DNA from: Rhizodiscina lignyota
Lineage: Eukaryota
Assembly: GCA_010015805.1 (NCBI GenBank)
Contig: ML978140.1
Span: 310,001-374,000 of the forward strand
DNA: 64,000 bases
Direction of reading: 5' to 3'
The first letter of the stretch is position 1, and each line of letters begins with the position of its first letter. Positions 26,610 to 41,039 of the stretch are shown piece by piece. A model generated the notes under the pieces. The model was not told the origin of the DNA, searched no databases, and was given only the letters and a program-made list of their open reading frames with translations. The translations under genes were made by a program, and so were the position numbers.

Positions 26610-29215
26610 CTTTGATGCAATGTCAGAAATTAGGTAGAAGGTAATGAGTTGACTCGTAACTGCCAATTCTGTCAGTCATTGAGGGGGTTGAAACGCGATG
26701 GACTAGTGTTTACCTTGAGGGTCCGGCGGAGAGAGCGTGATCCTTCTCCGCGCGTCGTTGTGTCAGAACAGGTTGTGTTGGATGCTGAAACGTATCCTTG
26801 ACCGGATATACGAAAGGCGAGAGGGAGAATTGTCAGGAACAAGATGCCTCTCGGAGTGCTCCTCGTTCAATGCTGCGGGAGGCGGATGTGGGAGAACGAG
26901 AGGTCGTAACACGGTCGCCGAAAAATGAGCGTGTTGAACGGGGTTCGACGCAAGGTTCAAAGTCGAACAAAGAAAATAGCCACGCGGTCGAAGCGAGGTC
27001 GTCTGGAAATGGGCCGCACGAGCAGCGGCAAAGGGGATATTGGAATGTTGAGTATGCGTGTTCCTTTGTCGTGAAGCTTAAGAGTCGATGCTTGGTGATG
27101 GGAGGTGTGATTTGCGAGCTGCGTTGCAAGGTACCGCGTGAAAGTGGCCAATTGAAGGGTGTTGCGAGCTGTGCAGCGCGTGCAGAACAGGAGGAAGGGT
27201 TGAGAGCTGTCCCTGCACAGCTTCGAGGAGCTCCTGCGATGGCGGAAGAATTGCCGCGATGGCACAGCAGTGAGGAATTTGGAGTTGCGGGAAGCGGCGG
27301 TGCGAGAGGATGAGATGGTGTTGCTTGGATTTGGAAGAGGGAGGCGGTGATGCAGCGAATGGAGGAAGTTGGGGAGCACCTCGTTCCTTGGCTGAGCGAA
27401 CAGTCCGACGACGCGCCGCTGCTCAGCTCAAGCGTCGAGGGCGCGGGCCATTCAGAGGTGCAGCAGTAGTGCAGGATGCGCGAACGTGGGAAGCGTGCAG
27501 TGCGTAATAGTGCTTCTAATTTTTATTCCTCACCCCTGATACGGCATGGCCCTTTCGAGCATTCAATTACCTTACGGAGCACTGTTGCCACACAGCGTCC
27601 CCGCCTTCGCGATATGACCTGCAGCGGTAGCCAAGACTTTATTCAGCAAGACCAGGTGTCATCTTCTATCTCATGTATGTCACGACATGCGCCGGAAACA
27701 GTGTGGGAGTCGGCGGCCAGTCCACGACAGGATGGCAGACTCTCACTCCAGAGACAGCATCGCGCGCAAAGACCGACCACCGATGCAGTGCACAACTTCC
27801 GACAAGCACCAAGCCCAAGCACCAAGCCCAACACGTTCCCGACACGCCAATCCCAGCTAATACTTTCCATAATTGGCCCTTCACGCCACGAAGTGCGGCG
27901 CACACGCTCACGTTCCTCTCGCCCTCCTCTCCTGCTGCACTCGGCCACTGAGCTCTGGTTTCGTTGCACACCCTCTTCTCTGTGCCCAAAGCTGTAAGCA
28001 TGACTTGAACCATCGTACCCGCCAGACGCACTCGCTTTTATCCAGCTCGACCGCAAGCATGCGCCCGTATTGCCATTGCCCCGCAGTCACCAGGTGACCA
28101 GACCTTCCGCTCCCAACGCCTTTCCACGACGCCTTCTGGAAGATCAAGCCGGATCTTTTCGATCTCGCTCTGACTGCTTGGCATCGCAACGTCTCTGACA
28201 AATATTGCAGCCCTCCACGTGCTGGGAATTCGGTGGTGGGGTGGCTGTTGCCGTGTCATCCCTCCAACGTCTGCTCAGGCAAAGGGAAGTGCTGAATCCT
28301 GATGCTCCTGCTTTCATGTGAATACGACGCCTTGGCCGTCCCCTTCTCCGTCCTTCAGCCTCAAGCCTTAGCCGCACTTCAAGCGCGACCAAAATGTCGA
28401 GCCGCAGCCGCTCCGGCTTCGCCTGCCGCAACCAGCTCGACTTCGTTTCACGCTGGAGAGACGTGGAAGAGAAACACGAGCCTCTCAAAGCGGAAGGTCT
28501 CGAACTTACTCATTTAACTTTGTCTTAAGGAGCACACTTTCCTGGAACCGTGACACTTGGGACTCTTCGTCGTGCTCGCTTGCTCTCTGGGCAGGAGACG
28601 CCCAGCAATTGGACAAGCGTTCCAGATGCTCCCTGCGAGCCACGCAGTCACACGCGTCATCGCGTCGCGTCGACTAATTCGTCCAGTCTCAACAGGAGAA
28701 ATGTGGCGCCCCCGGCGCCAAGCGAGATGAATGCGATCTTGACAAGCGTGACAAGCCTGTGGGGAAATTTGATAAATGTGCTACCTGCGCCTGCGTCTTC
28801 TCGCCTCTTCTGTTCCCCTCTCACAGCAGCCAAAGCGCGAAACAGCCTCGAAGAGATTGCGTATATTTCGGCACATGTATGAGGCCGAGACTATCGGTAA
28901 GCCGAGCACACAACACAGTCGATTGCTTGTGCCCGGCTCTCAATTATGGAGACTCCGCTCAGGGCTTTGAGTTCACTGGGAACTCCGAAACAGTCTGACG
29001 AGAGACTATCCTTCGTCAAAGGTTTGTAAAACTGGAGACTCAACCAATCTCAATGCACCTGGCAGCAATGCTTATAGGACCATCTGCTCCCCTCTCATGG
29101 CATTCTCGCGTTCCTATTTCCGCACACCATTTTTCAAAACCTGAGGACAATTCCACCTGAGGCCATCACAATGGCGGGTGCTGCAGATCCCTCCTTCGAT
29201 ATCTAGTCTTTCTTC

Positions 29216-32200
29216 TCATTCCTCCGCTCCTATGAACTTGACGAGACTGCTTCTGGTAGTAATGAGAGAAGCAAGTCCACGAAGACTGCCCGCCCCCATC
29301 AGGTCGAATACTGCAACATCCGCTCCAAGCTCCTTCAGCAACCACGATCGAAGCTCGACTGCAACTAGAGAGTCCACGCCATATGCGTGAAGCGGCTTCG
29401 ACCCGTCGACATCATTCACGTCAATGCTGAGTGCTTTGCAGAGCTTTGTGACGAAAGCGCTGAAAATTATATCGGTGGCAGCGTCGTATGACTCCACTGC
29501 AGCCAGCAACAAGCTGTAGTTGACGGATTCTTCTGACGAGTCTCCGCCTCCAGCTTGCGTGCGGATCTGGAATAGGTGTCTGAAGATTGGATCAGACATC
29601 CAGCCTGGCTCATCGATACCTTCGGACCGTAGAAGCTCTGGAATCTCGATGCCGAGGGAGATCTGAGCCTTTAGCAGCAATGGCTGAGGCAGATTTGGAT
29701 TGCATAAGTCATCCAGTAACGCATGATACTCTTCCTCTCTCATTGCGGAGAATCCTGAGCCGCGAAGATGCTGGATAAGGTGGGGATTGTCGGCCACGTA
29801 TCCCACAGACAAGATCATTCCGAGATCTAGAGACGTTGCCTTTAGTCCATTCGACACGCGATATCGAGCGAGCGCGTCCTCATACGAGTTTCCTGCGCAG
29901 TAGTTTGCCTGCCCACGATTGCCTACGACGCCCGAGGTAGAAGACAGGAGTATAAAAAAGTCGAGCTCTTTTGGAAGGACCTCGTGCAAGTTGCAGGAGC
30001 CTTGGACTTTCGGCCTCACTGCCGTGTGCCAGTCGTCGGCCGACATATTTTCGAACACGGAGTCCTGCTGTACGTTAGAAATAGAATGCTAACTGGAAGC
30101 CTAGACGCACCCTTAGGACCATTGACCCTTGTATGCAGCCTTTGATTGGCGGCATACTGGTCAAACATTCGCTGATCACGGAGGCAAGAGATTCCTTGTC
30201 GCTAACATCACATACTGGTGTCATCGCCTTGACCCCTTGTCCTTCAAGTTCAGCTACGAGCTCTTTTGCTTCCGTTCTCGATGCACCTGAGCGGGAAAGA
30301 AGAATCAGATTGCTCGCGCCCCTTCTTACCATCCAGCGTGCCATGCTGCGGCCTAGTCCCCCAAGGCCTCCAGCGATGACATATGTGGCCTCCGCATCGA
30401 ATTGATACTTCGGCTTCCTGCTTGGGACGATCTGGTGCAACACACCAACATCAGCATTTCTTCCAAACGTCTCGAGCCATTGATAGTGGACACTCACCGG
30501 AACTTCATCATCATCATGCGGCTCGATCACAATCTTTCCCGAGTGTGACCCAGTCTGCATGTAGCGGAATGCCTCCTGGATTTTTGAGAATGGATAAATC
30601 TTAGTCGGACTTGGTTCCCGAATCTTCTCCTCCCTTATGAGACTCATCACGGCCTCAAGGATGCGTTTCAGATCGGGGCCGTCATGATGTGCCATGTAAT
30701 CGATGTCGACAAACTCAAAGCTGACATTAGTCTTGAATTTCTCCATATTCAACCGGGCGGATGAGTAAATGTCGACCTTTCCTATCTCGACAAATCTGCC
30801 AAACGGTGCGATGCAGTCCCAAGATGCTCGGAGAGCAGCTCCGGAAAGCGAATTAACAACGACATCTACGCCGCGGCGTTTAGTCATACGCTTGATCCCC
30901 GAAGCAAACGTCAAATCTCGACTCGAGAGAATATGATCACGAGGGATGCCGTAGGTTGACTCCAGCAAGTCGCGTTTTTCGATGGAACCCACGGTTGCGA
31001 ACACCTCTGCGCCTCTCAATTGCGCTAGCTGGATACATGCTTGTCCAACGCCTCCGCCAGCGGCATGAACCAGCACACTCTCTCCTTTTTGGATGTTCGC
31101 AATGTCGTACAGTGCTGCATATGCGGTAGCATATACTAGAGGAAGGGCGGCAGCGGCTGTGAAAGAGAAGTCATCTGGCATCTTGGTGATTGACGTCTCC
31201 AAGGCTCTAGCAAAAGTCTTCAATGTCCCTCGTACGATCCCGCACACTCGGTCGCCGACTTTGAATCCCGAGTTGACGCCAGTGCGAGTCACAATTCCAC
31301 TTCCCTCGGCACCTAAATAGTTACCGTTGACTTGGCCGAGAGAGATCATTATGTCGAGGAAGTTAAGCCCGGAAGCCATCACCTTGAATTCCACCTCGCC
31401 TTCGGGAAGCGACTCCTCATATACCGGGTCGTCATCGAACTGCAGCGTATCCAGAAGACCAGCCGAGCCGACAACGAGCTTCAGCGCCCTCTCTGGATCG
31501 CGAGCAAACTTTCCAAGCTGTGTGACAGACTGCGTTGTCTTCTCAAAAATTGCCGTGTTCATGTAGTTGGCCTCCACTACGCGGCCAATATGAAGGACTC
31601 CGTCAGATTCGAAAAAGCTGTTGTCCACCACCTGCCTGTCCCCTTTCGCGAAGATGGCATCGAATATCTTCATTGTTGCATTGGTGGCATGCTTTGAGTC
31701 CTCGATGCTGTCGATGGAGAGCGTGACGAACCTTAGGGCCGGATTCTCCGCTCGAATGGCTCTCGCGAAGCCGCTCACAAGTTCTGATGCTGGAATTCTG
31801 GACGACGCACCACCTCCCTGAGTCAGCCAAAGGATACTATCTGACGAGGCTACCATCCTCTGCAGGCTCGCATATTGCTCGCTGTTCATTCGGTCCAGGA
31901 ACGGCGTTTCAGTTTCAGGGATGAAAATGCAGAGCCTCTTCTCGAAGCTCTGTGTGGCAAGAGCAGAGAGCGGGCAAATTTCACATTGTGCAATGCTGTG
32001 ACGTGAAATCTCACGATGCAGACTCTGGGCAATATCTTTCTGGAATGGGGAGTTCATGTCTGCCACGATTACGGAAGCTGGCGGTGAGATTTTATGGACG
32101 GTTTGTGCAGTCGCTGTCGAGATCAGGACGCCATGGGCCTGACTTATCTCCTCCTCGTAGTCATGCAAAGAAACGTCAACACCGCTGAATCCGGTGCGCT

Positions 32201-35200
32201 GAAGGTGCGAGGACCAATCTTGGACACTGAGTAGAGGGCCCCATTCACGATAAGGCTCTTCTGATAGCCACCACCCTGGTGTCGTGCCAAAGACGAAGCT
32301 CGAAACGAGCAATGTGGTATTCGTGATTTCAAACAGGATGAGCTTCCCGCCTGGCTTCAGCAATTTGCGTACATTGCGAAGGGTTGCCGTAATGTTCTTT
32401 GTCGCGTGGAGCACATTTGCAGCAATAATGCAATCATAAAACTCCGCGTCAAACCCTTGCTGAACTGGGTCGCTCTCAATGTTCAGCGTACGGTACTCCA
32501 TGCGATCTTCACAAAAAGGGAACTTCTCCCTGGCCTGTTCGAAGAAAGCAGGCGAAATGTCCGTGAAATCGTATCTTTGAAAGCGAGCTGCGCCAACCTC
32601 GTTCCCGCCGTGGTGCATCAAGGTTTCCATGATTGGCACGGTTGCACCGCCTGTCCCAGCCCCGATCTCGAGGATCTTTTGGCCGGGATTTTTATGGGCG
32701 AGCGCATCAAGGTATCCACACAAACGAGCATATGCGATTTCGGCACCTGTTGCGAAGCGGTACACGTTCTCAGACAGCCTATCTCTGAACATGACCTGGA
32801 GAGGATCGACCTCGCCCGTGAGTATCTGCGGGAGGACTTTGCCTATGGCAACGCAAAGCTTCGCCTCCGGACTTGATTTTTCGAGCAGAGTTTCCAATTC
32901 GGCAAATCGGGCATCATCTGAAGCGATATCGTTCCATTGAGAGACCTTGCTGTAGATCAGGTCATTATGGCTGTACCTGTCCAACTGATGCTGCATCCAG
33001 GCGAAGTACTTTTGGTGGTGGGGTTTCATATCCTCCCTCTTGGTCTGTGTTTGTTGGTTAAAGTACCGCCTTATGTACATGTAGCAGATGGCTTCGCGGT
33101 CTCCGATAAACTGTGTTGGATCGAAGTCGAGAAGTCGCTGGGGCGCTTGGAACGTCTTAGTGGCAATTGCTGCGTCCACAAAGCTCGGGTCAGGCTTCCA
33201 GTCCACGTTGAAGCAGAGATGACGCTGCATGTTATTGTCATCACTCACACTGCGTCCCGACACGGCTGTCGAAATGAGGCCGTCTGCGACAACAAGCGGT
33301 TTCTTGGTCGTAGGATCGACAGCAATCAGAGATGCCTCAGCTTGACGAAGTCCGAGGAACGCGGCTTTGGTGCTTAACCTATAGACCTCATGAATCGCGT
33401 CGGTATCAGCAGCGATCCACAGTTCCCCAATGGTTGTCGGAACCACTGCCTCTCGAGCCTCACGACCGCCTCTAGTAAGCGCTACAATAACGCTCTGCAG
33501 AAGGCCGTCCAGCGTCGTCGGATGGATAAGATGGGGTTGAACATATCCGTGCGGCATTTTACTCTTAATATCAGCTGCCGACACTGTCGCGATGCTAGTT
33601 CGGTTCTGGCCGATGCGGACATTTGAAACAGTCTTAAACGTGGACCCGAAGTCAAACCCTACTGTTCTGAGGAGTTCGTACAGTTGCTCTGTGGAGACGT
33701 CCGTTGTGCAAGCATCTTCGGCGTCCGCGATTTCACGTCCGCACATGTCGCGAAATAAGCCGTCTTCCAAACCGTCGTCGACGGGCGTATACGCTTCTTC
33801 GTACTCGAGCTGAACGAGCCCCCGACAATGCTCTCTCCACTCATCACCCTCGTGGCTGGAGAGCTGGAACTCATGCCAAGCAAAAGATGTGCTGGCGGTG
33901 CTGTCTGCATATGGCCTGACCTGGAATTGAGTCTCCACACCCTCTGCGCTAGTTGGGACTCTCAATGCCATGTGTAGCACAACTTCTTTGAAGCGGATGC
34001 CTTTAACCTTCTTGTTCGGGTTGGCCAGGTGACGACTTGCTTCAATGGCCATGACCAACATTCCTGCGGCGGGATACAGAGTGCTTCCTGTAATCTTGTG
34101 GTCTTTGATCCAAGGATTTTCACTTATACGGATCCAATTCCTCCAGATCGCGTTGGCCTTTGGGTTCCAGTCGGGCACTGGCGCACCAAGCAGTTCGTGA
34201 CGAGGCATGCTGCGGAAACGGTACCCCTTGCTTATGCGACTCTCTGTCCAGTACGTCTTCGAATGGTTGAAGGCATAGCTGGGCAGGTCCACTAGAAGAG
34301 AAGGTGAACCGACATTGCGACCTCTCATATTGATGAGAGATAGATCAACAGGATGGCCTCGGCAGAATAACTGGCCTGCTGCCGCCAAGGCAGTTTCCGT
34401 CGCTTTCTCACCACGCTTCAACATAGACACATACTGTACGTTTTTGGCACTGGCTGTTTGTTCCATTATTTCTCTCAGCGGGCCTCGGAGCGCTCCATGT
34501 GGTCCGATCTCAAGAACATCCGTGAATGGCGTCGATGCACGTTGTGCTCCAAGTTTCTTCGCCTTTGCTGCCGAATCACTGAACAAGCGAGCCGTTGCTT
34601 CGGAGAATCTGACTGGAGACACCAAATTGCTTACCCAATACGCCGGGTCTTGGAGTTGCTTGTGCGTCGCGATGCCGCCGGTGAGAGATGAGTAAAACTT
34701 AGCCTCCCGCGACGGGTGGCTCATCGCACCTGGCTGGATATACAGGATAGCTTTGCGGTATTCATCCGCAATCGCCTTCATGTAGTCCGAGTGGTAGGCG
34801 TTGTCGACTTGCAGCTTTCTTGCGAAGATATTCTCCGCATCTAGAATGTCTTTGAGAGCTGCGAGCTTGTCTACGCTGCCGCTGATGGTGACATTCTTTG
34901 GACTGTTGATGCATGCCACAGTGAGCGACCCCGTAGAGGGCACCTCGTCGATCCTTGCGATGTATTCCAGTGCTTGATCGGCATTTAGAGCCACCGACAA
35001 CATTCCGCCCGGCGTTTGCTTAGTCGACAGCGCGAGTTCTGCCGTGAAGAGACCGCGGTAGTACGCCAGCTGCCACGCGCTCTCTCGCGAAATGGCACCA
35101 ACCGCGAAAGCCGCGGCAATTTCTCCAGATGAGTGGCCAACCACCGCCCCAGCAGATATCGACCAACTTTCAAGAAGCTCTACAAGAGCTATTTGAAGCG

Positions 35201-37476
35201 CAGTGCATAGTGGCTGGCTGTACATGGCGCTGTTAATAGACGTTGATGCCACATCTTTGGTCAACTCTTCAACCAAAGACCAACGACAACCAAGGTTATG
35301 AAGGCACCTATCTGCCGCCTGCAGGCTTTGACTGAATGTTGGGTATTCCATCAATTCCCTACCCATTTCGGGCCACTGTGCGCCTTGGCCAGTGAAAACG
35401 TATGCCAACTTGGCATTTGTATCGGATCGGACAGCTTTCGGCTTGCTCTCAAGCGCTTCCCGCAGTGCATCCAAGGAGTTAGCGACAATAGCAGCCCTCC
35501 AAGTAAAGCTTGACCTCTTGCATGCTAATGTATAGGTCAGGTCGTCCAAATACGAGTCTTCATCGTATATTTGCCCGGCGTTCGCAGCAAAATGCTCTCG
35601 ATATGAACTGTAGAGTCGCTGAATCCCATCCTCGTCGAAGGAGGATAACACGAAGATACGATTCCGAAGTGCAGGTTTCGCGTGGACTCCGTTCATGAAG
35701 GTGCCGTTTGTGAAGGTGCCGTTCGTACTTCCCACCGAGGCTACTACTGGAGATCCATGGACCGACTGGGATAGCACATCACCGTTCACTATATGAGCAT
35801 CACCATTGATCTTTTCCTGCTTCAAGAATTGATCTGTGCGCTTGACCGATTGCGCGACCTCGAGTGAGGTACCATTGACCACGGAGTGGTTCGTTCCACC
35901 GATAGCCATGGTTTCGTCTTCAATTGCAAACTGTGGAAGCTTTGGGTCGACGATCGTCCTATGTTTTCCGCTCAAACCATGGGAAGCCATATAATGATAC
36001 GCGTCATCCATGATCACATGTGCATTACTACCTCCATATCCAAATGAATTGCAGGACGCGCGGCGGATTCCGGTCGTAGGCCAAACTGTAGCTTGCACTG
36101 GAAAGGCTAGATTCCATTCTTGAGCTGGGATTTGCGGGTTGAGCTTCTCGAACCAAATATTCGGGGGTATTATGCCGCGCTCCAAGACGTAAATGGACTT
36201 CATCAGCCCTGCAATACCGGCAGCGCCTTCCAAATGCCCAATATTGCTTTTAAGAGCGCCGACATATAAGGGGTCATCTGGAGTCCGGTGCTTCGCAAAC
36301 ACGTCGCCAATCGCAGCGGCTTCGATTGGGTCACCCACTGGCGTCCCCGTCCCATGAGCCTCGAAAAATCTCGTCTCGTTGAAATCAAGCCCAGCATTCT
36401 TATAGACTTCGTGGATGAGGTCTGCTTGGGCTTTCTTCGTCGGCTGCGTAATACCAGGCGATCGGCCGTCTTGGTTGGAACCTGTGTTTCGGATGACGGC
36501 TCGTATTGTATCACCGTCCTGGATGGCGTCTGACAATCGCTTGAGGACTAAAGTACCGAAGCCTTCTCCACGAGAATAACCGTTTGCCCGGTGGTCAAAG
36601 CTGTGGCATTTGCCGTCTGGACTAAGAAATCCCAAACTCGACAGCGGAATAATCGTGTCCGGGTTGTAAAATAGATTGCACCCGGCGACAATAGCCTGGA
36701 CGAGAAAACTTCAGAACAACACTGTTGAGTGCATTGCATCAGAGCTCAGTAACTCACCATTGAAGCTTCTCTTAACTTTAGACTAGTGCAGGCCATATGT
36801 GCAGCATTGAGACTGCTTGAGCAAGCAGTGTCTAAAGTAATACTGGGGCCGTGAAAATCGAAGAACCAACTAACGCGGTTCGCCAGCATAGCTGTGCCCA
36901 CCCCTGTCGAGACGTACTTGAGCTCGACCTCTGGATCGCGACTAACAACGGTCTCGTACTCCCTTGTGAAGCAGCCTACATGCACCGAAGTCTTGGAGTT
37001 TATCGCTTTCGAAAGAGGTATACCGGCTATGGGCGCAAAACATGCTATTAGAGTTCGGCCTTCTCAAAGCTCTGTCTCATAGCTGAACTCACCATTCTCA
37101 AGGGCTCGATATACGCATTCGAGGAGGCCGCGCTGTTGTGGGTCCATAAATGCGGCTTCAGCTGGCATAATTGAGAAGAAAGGAGCATCAAAAGCGGCAA
37201 TGTTCTCACGAATGAAGTGAGCATGTCGGACGTTTGTCTGGTATTGCTTAGCCCAAGTACAGCGTGAACAGAGTGAAGGTCGAAGCTTACTGCTCCAGCT
37301 CGCTCTGGATCAGGATGATAGAACGCCTCGACGTTGTAACGGTCTTTAGGGGTCTCGGACCGTGCCGATCGCCCGGCGATGAGCATCTTGTAGAACTCTT
37401 CTGGACTTGTAGCGTCACCCGGGAACTTTAGGTCCAGTCCGACCACTGCAATCGGTTCGTTCATGTCTACGGCCAT
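29216..37476 (-). CDS. Highly reducing iterative type I polyketide synthase, KS-AT-DH-CMeT-ER-KR-ACP
   Basis: [54 protein letters not shown]; CMe[59 protein letters not shown]. Introns 37238-37290, 37027-37092, 36696-36757, 30432-30497, 30065-30110. Confidence 0.97.
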
Positions 37477-38839
37477 GATTGCTCTAGGCTTTGTGTTAAG
37501 GGGCCAGGTAAAGAGGATCTAGTTTATTGAATCTTTCCAAGTCACAAACATCTGGTCGATAGTGTGCTAATGTATCCTTTCTCTCATCCCCTGCGGACAG
37601 TTTTCAAGGGGCCGCAGCTTGAGCCTTGATTGTGAGCTTGTAACGCAAATGCGGAGACTCTGAAATGCTCGCTATCCTAAAGCTAAACAAATAAGAATCG
37701 CGTATGATGTCAGATTCTAGGCGTAGATCTACCCATCACGAAACTATTGATAGCCCACAATACCTTGCTAATCGAAAGTTAGAGCTCCTGTTGCAAAGCC
37801 GTAACTTGATAGGTAGGGTAGCCATTTGCGGGCCCAGCATATACTACAAACAGCACGCACTGAGATACTAAATGCATCCTTCATCCCGCAATGATGTGTT
37901 TACTCCTGGTGGATTTTCGTGAGAATTTGGCCTGAAAGGGAAACTGAATCATCGAAAATGGTGTCGAGTTCCTTCATCGCTATGGGCTGATTAATCAAGC
38001 CACAAGTAGGTCATCTTGAAGATCCTGCTTTGCTGGTACCGTTATTCGTTCCACGCAAGCGGGGATAAATCGTTGTGGGATATCTGCAAAAACAAACAGC
38101 CTCTAGAACTGCAGTCGAGAAAGTTGGGCACGGGAGGCGTTGAACGAATGACGGCAAACTGGGCAGGGGTTCAGCGCGCGGCACCTTTCCACATCTAGCA
38201 TGAGCGGATAAGGTACGATGCAGAGGAATTATTAGAACATTTAAAACAACGTTACCCGATCAATACTAGATTACATGATGCCTTAACATTGTAGAGTCTT
38301 AGACATGCTATGTAACTAATAGCTATCGCAAAAGTTCTAATAGTGGTACTAAGCTCTTTCTCCGTAGGATAGTAAGCTTATTGTGAGAAAACAATAGTGT
38401 TAAAGAATGGCACGCTAACCCTGTAATAATGTATAGAATTGCCTCTACTGCATGCCAGGGCTAAGGCTCTGGTTCAAAGAGGGTCTCAAGATTGCGAAAT
38501 CCTTCCAGGGTGGCTTTGGTCAATTTGATTAGATATACCAACCTCAATATCCTTGGCCTGACTGACCCTTCGGTACCAGCACAAGATGGCATCCTGCCGG
38601 TCTCAGCAGTGGCATCTGGCTGCATTGTCTCATTACAAGGAACGCGCTGCGTCGTATTCAAATTTCTGCTTGGACTCCCGATATTCGTATTGATGAGGGA
38701 ACCAAGGTACACCGACTATTCATAGCAGAGGATGGAATAATCTTTCTTTACGGGTTTTCTTCATTAAACGGGCCGGAGTCCAGAGGTAGAACTTTCAGCT
38801 CAATGATATCGTCTCGATCCTTAGTTTTGCATTAGAGAA

Positions 38840-40569
38840 ATGGCGTTTCCAAACATAGTGGCCTCTTGGTACACAACTTTCTCGCTCATGCTATTGGCCA
38901 CCGCGACGTCTTTCAGTCCGGCTGCTACACGAGCTTGTTCAGCGCTCAAGCACAGCTTTCCAACGAAGACATTTTCCCCAAAGGACGATGATTACACGCT
39001 GGCGTACAATCGTGCGTTATCTTCATGCCCCGGGTAGCTGGCCTGTGCTAACACGTTGACTGCCAGACTCATGGTCTAAAACTTGTGTCCTGCCACCAAC
39101 CTGCGTATTCGAACCGACCACAGCTCAAGATGTCTCTACTGCTCTCAAAATTGTGGAGAAATTCGCTGCGCACTTTGCCGTGCGAAGCGGCGGGCATATG
39201 CCGGTCCCTGGCGCCGCCTCGATCCAAGACGGTGTTCTGATATCCCTCTCCAAGATCGATCAAGTTGATCTTAATCCAGATGGCACGGCTACGATCGGCA
39301 CAGGTCTTCGTTGGTTCGAAGTATACGAAGAGCTGTCGAAACAGGGCTTGGCCGTGGCTGGAGGGCGCTTTGGAGATGTAGGAGTCGGTGGCCTGCTGCT
39401 TGGAGGTGGCGTAAGCCATTTCGGCCCTCAATATGGTTGGTCGGCGAACTGCGTCACACGCTACGAGATTGTGCTTGCCGGGGGAAGAGTGCTCGATGTC
39501 ACGAAAGAGAGCTCTCCCGACCTCTTCTGGGCACTTAAGGGAGGTTTGAACAACTACGGAATCGTGACGAGGTTCACACTCAAGACCTTTCCACTTACCG
39601 ATGTCTATGGTGGAGCTGTCATATACGATCCTTCACGCTTCGATGACTTTGTCAAGGCAGTTGCTTTCTATTCAACTCCAGAGGGCGGCATGTCTGACAG
39701 CCTATCCGCTATCGAGCCGGTAATGGCCTTTGTCCCCAGCTCTGGGCTGATACAGGGAGGCACGTTCCTATTTCATCAAGGCTCCGATGCCGCTCCTTCT
39801 TCTCTGGCCAACTTTACCGCCATTCCAGCGAACCAAAGTGACGCCAGCGTTCGGAGCTATCCCTCCTTCGTCAACGACACGCTCACACCTGAATTCAACA
39901 GCTATGCTTCCCGGTGGGTTCAAGACGCGCCACCGCTTTTTCTGTGAGAGGTGTCGCTGACTGGAGTAGGCAATTGTACTTCACTGTCTCGCTAAAGGCA
40001 TGCCCCCAATCGGTGTTTCTGGTTAACAACACCTTTGCTCCGATGGCGTTTTCTTCTGCATTGCTTAAGAAAGTCAGTGGGTTCACCACCACAATCAACC
40101 ACCAGCCGATGCCTCTGTCTTGGATAGAGGCAGCCCAAGCGGCTGGTGGAGATACTCTTGACCTCGACCCGGCAGCCGGGCCCTTCATTAGTGCGTCTGC
40201 TATTTCCATCAGGTATTGATAATCCTACCTGCTGACATGGCATAGTCGTCGGTATCTCATCTTTTTGGGACAATGCTGAGGATGACGATGCTGTGTTCAG
40301 CTTCCACAAAGTCGCTACAAAGGCCATCGTCACTGCCGCCGAGAAAGAGGGACTGAATTATCCGTTTCTATACGTCAATGATGCAGACCCGGTCCAGAAG
40401 CCTTTTCAGTTCTATGGAAAGGGCAAATCGTTGCCGAAGATGCGGACCATTGCAAAGAAATATGGTATGTTACTCCGTCCCTGGATCGCGTATCCTCCAT
40501 CACTAAGAGACACCAGACCCGGCCGGAGTATTTCACACATTGCAGCATGGGATCTGGTCGCTGTTCTAG
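38840..40569 (+). CDS. Secreted FAD-linked oxidoreductase (berberine-bridge-enzyme/VAO family)
   Basis: Signal peptide; intron 39012-39066; CVFEPTTAQDVS..FAVRSGGH (flavinylation His), GVGGLLLGGG, DLFWALKGG and C-terminal YVNDA..KKYDPAGVF after intron 40465-40516. Confidence 0.92.
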
Positions 40570-41039
40570 TTTTCATTACGCACATGTCAGATAGTTGTTC
40601 TTCTATGCACCGTTTCGTCGGCACGACCTGAGACACTATTCTTAAATAAGTACTTATGCCTGCCCTATCCAAAACACCACTTCTTGGAGAGCACAGAGCG
40701 ATGGCTCGGCGAGTTTTCATCTGTTCATATGGCGACAATGGCGACTAATTTAGTCTCTTGATGCTTTCATTTCAAGGAGGTAAGCACATTCGCATTCTCT
40801 ATGAAACTCTCCATTTAGAAACCCACCACCACCAAGACTCAAGACTTGATAATAAATATCCCGCATTTATTACGCGAACTTAGTTAACGATCATCATGCT
40901 TATTCTAGCCTATCAGATAGTCGATTAATCATACTGTGTGAGTAAGAAGCCGCCAAATGCCTTAAGAGGGTGTATTAGACAACGACATGCTCTATACCGC
41001 TCTATCCTAACGCCTTACACTAAATACAGGCTAGTAGCG

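Noticed and set aside
30432..30497. Apparent 22-aa insertion between the PKS ER and KR domains
   Set aside because: It is a stop-free, in-frame 66-nt intron (GTGAGT..GCTGAT..CAG).
35690..35730. Repeated NGTF motifs in the PKS KS-AT linker
   Set aside because: NG-rich low-complexity linkers are common in fungal HR-PKSs.
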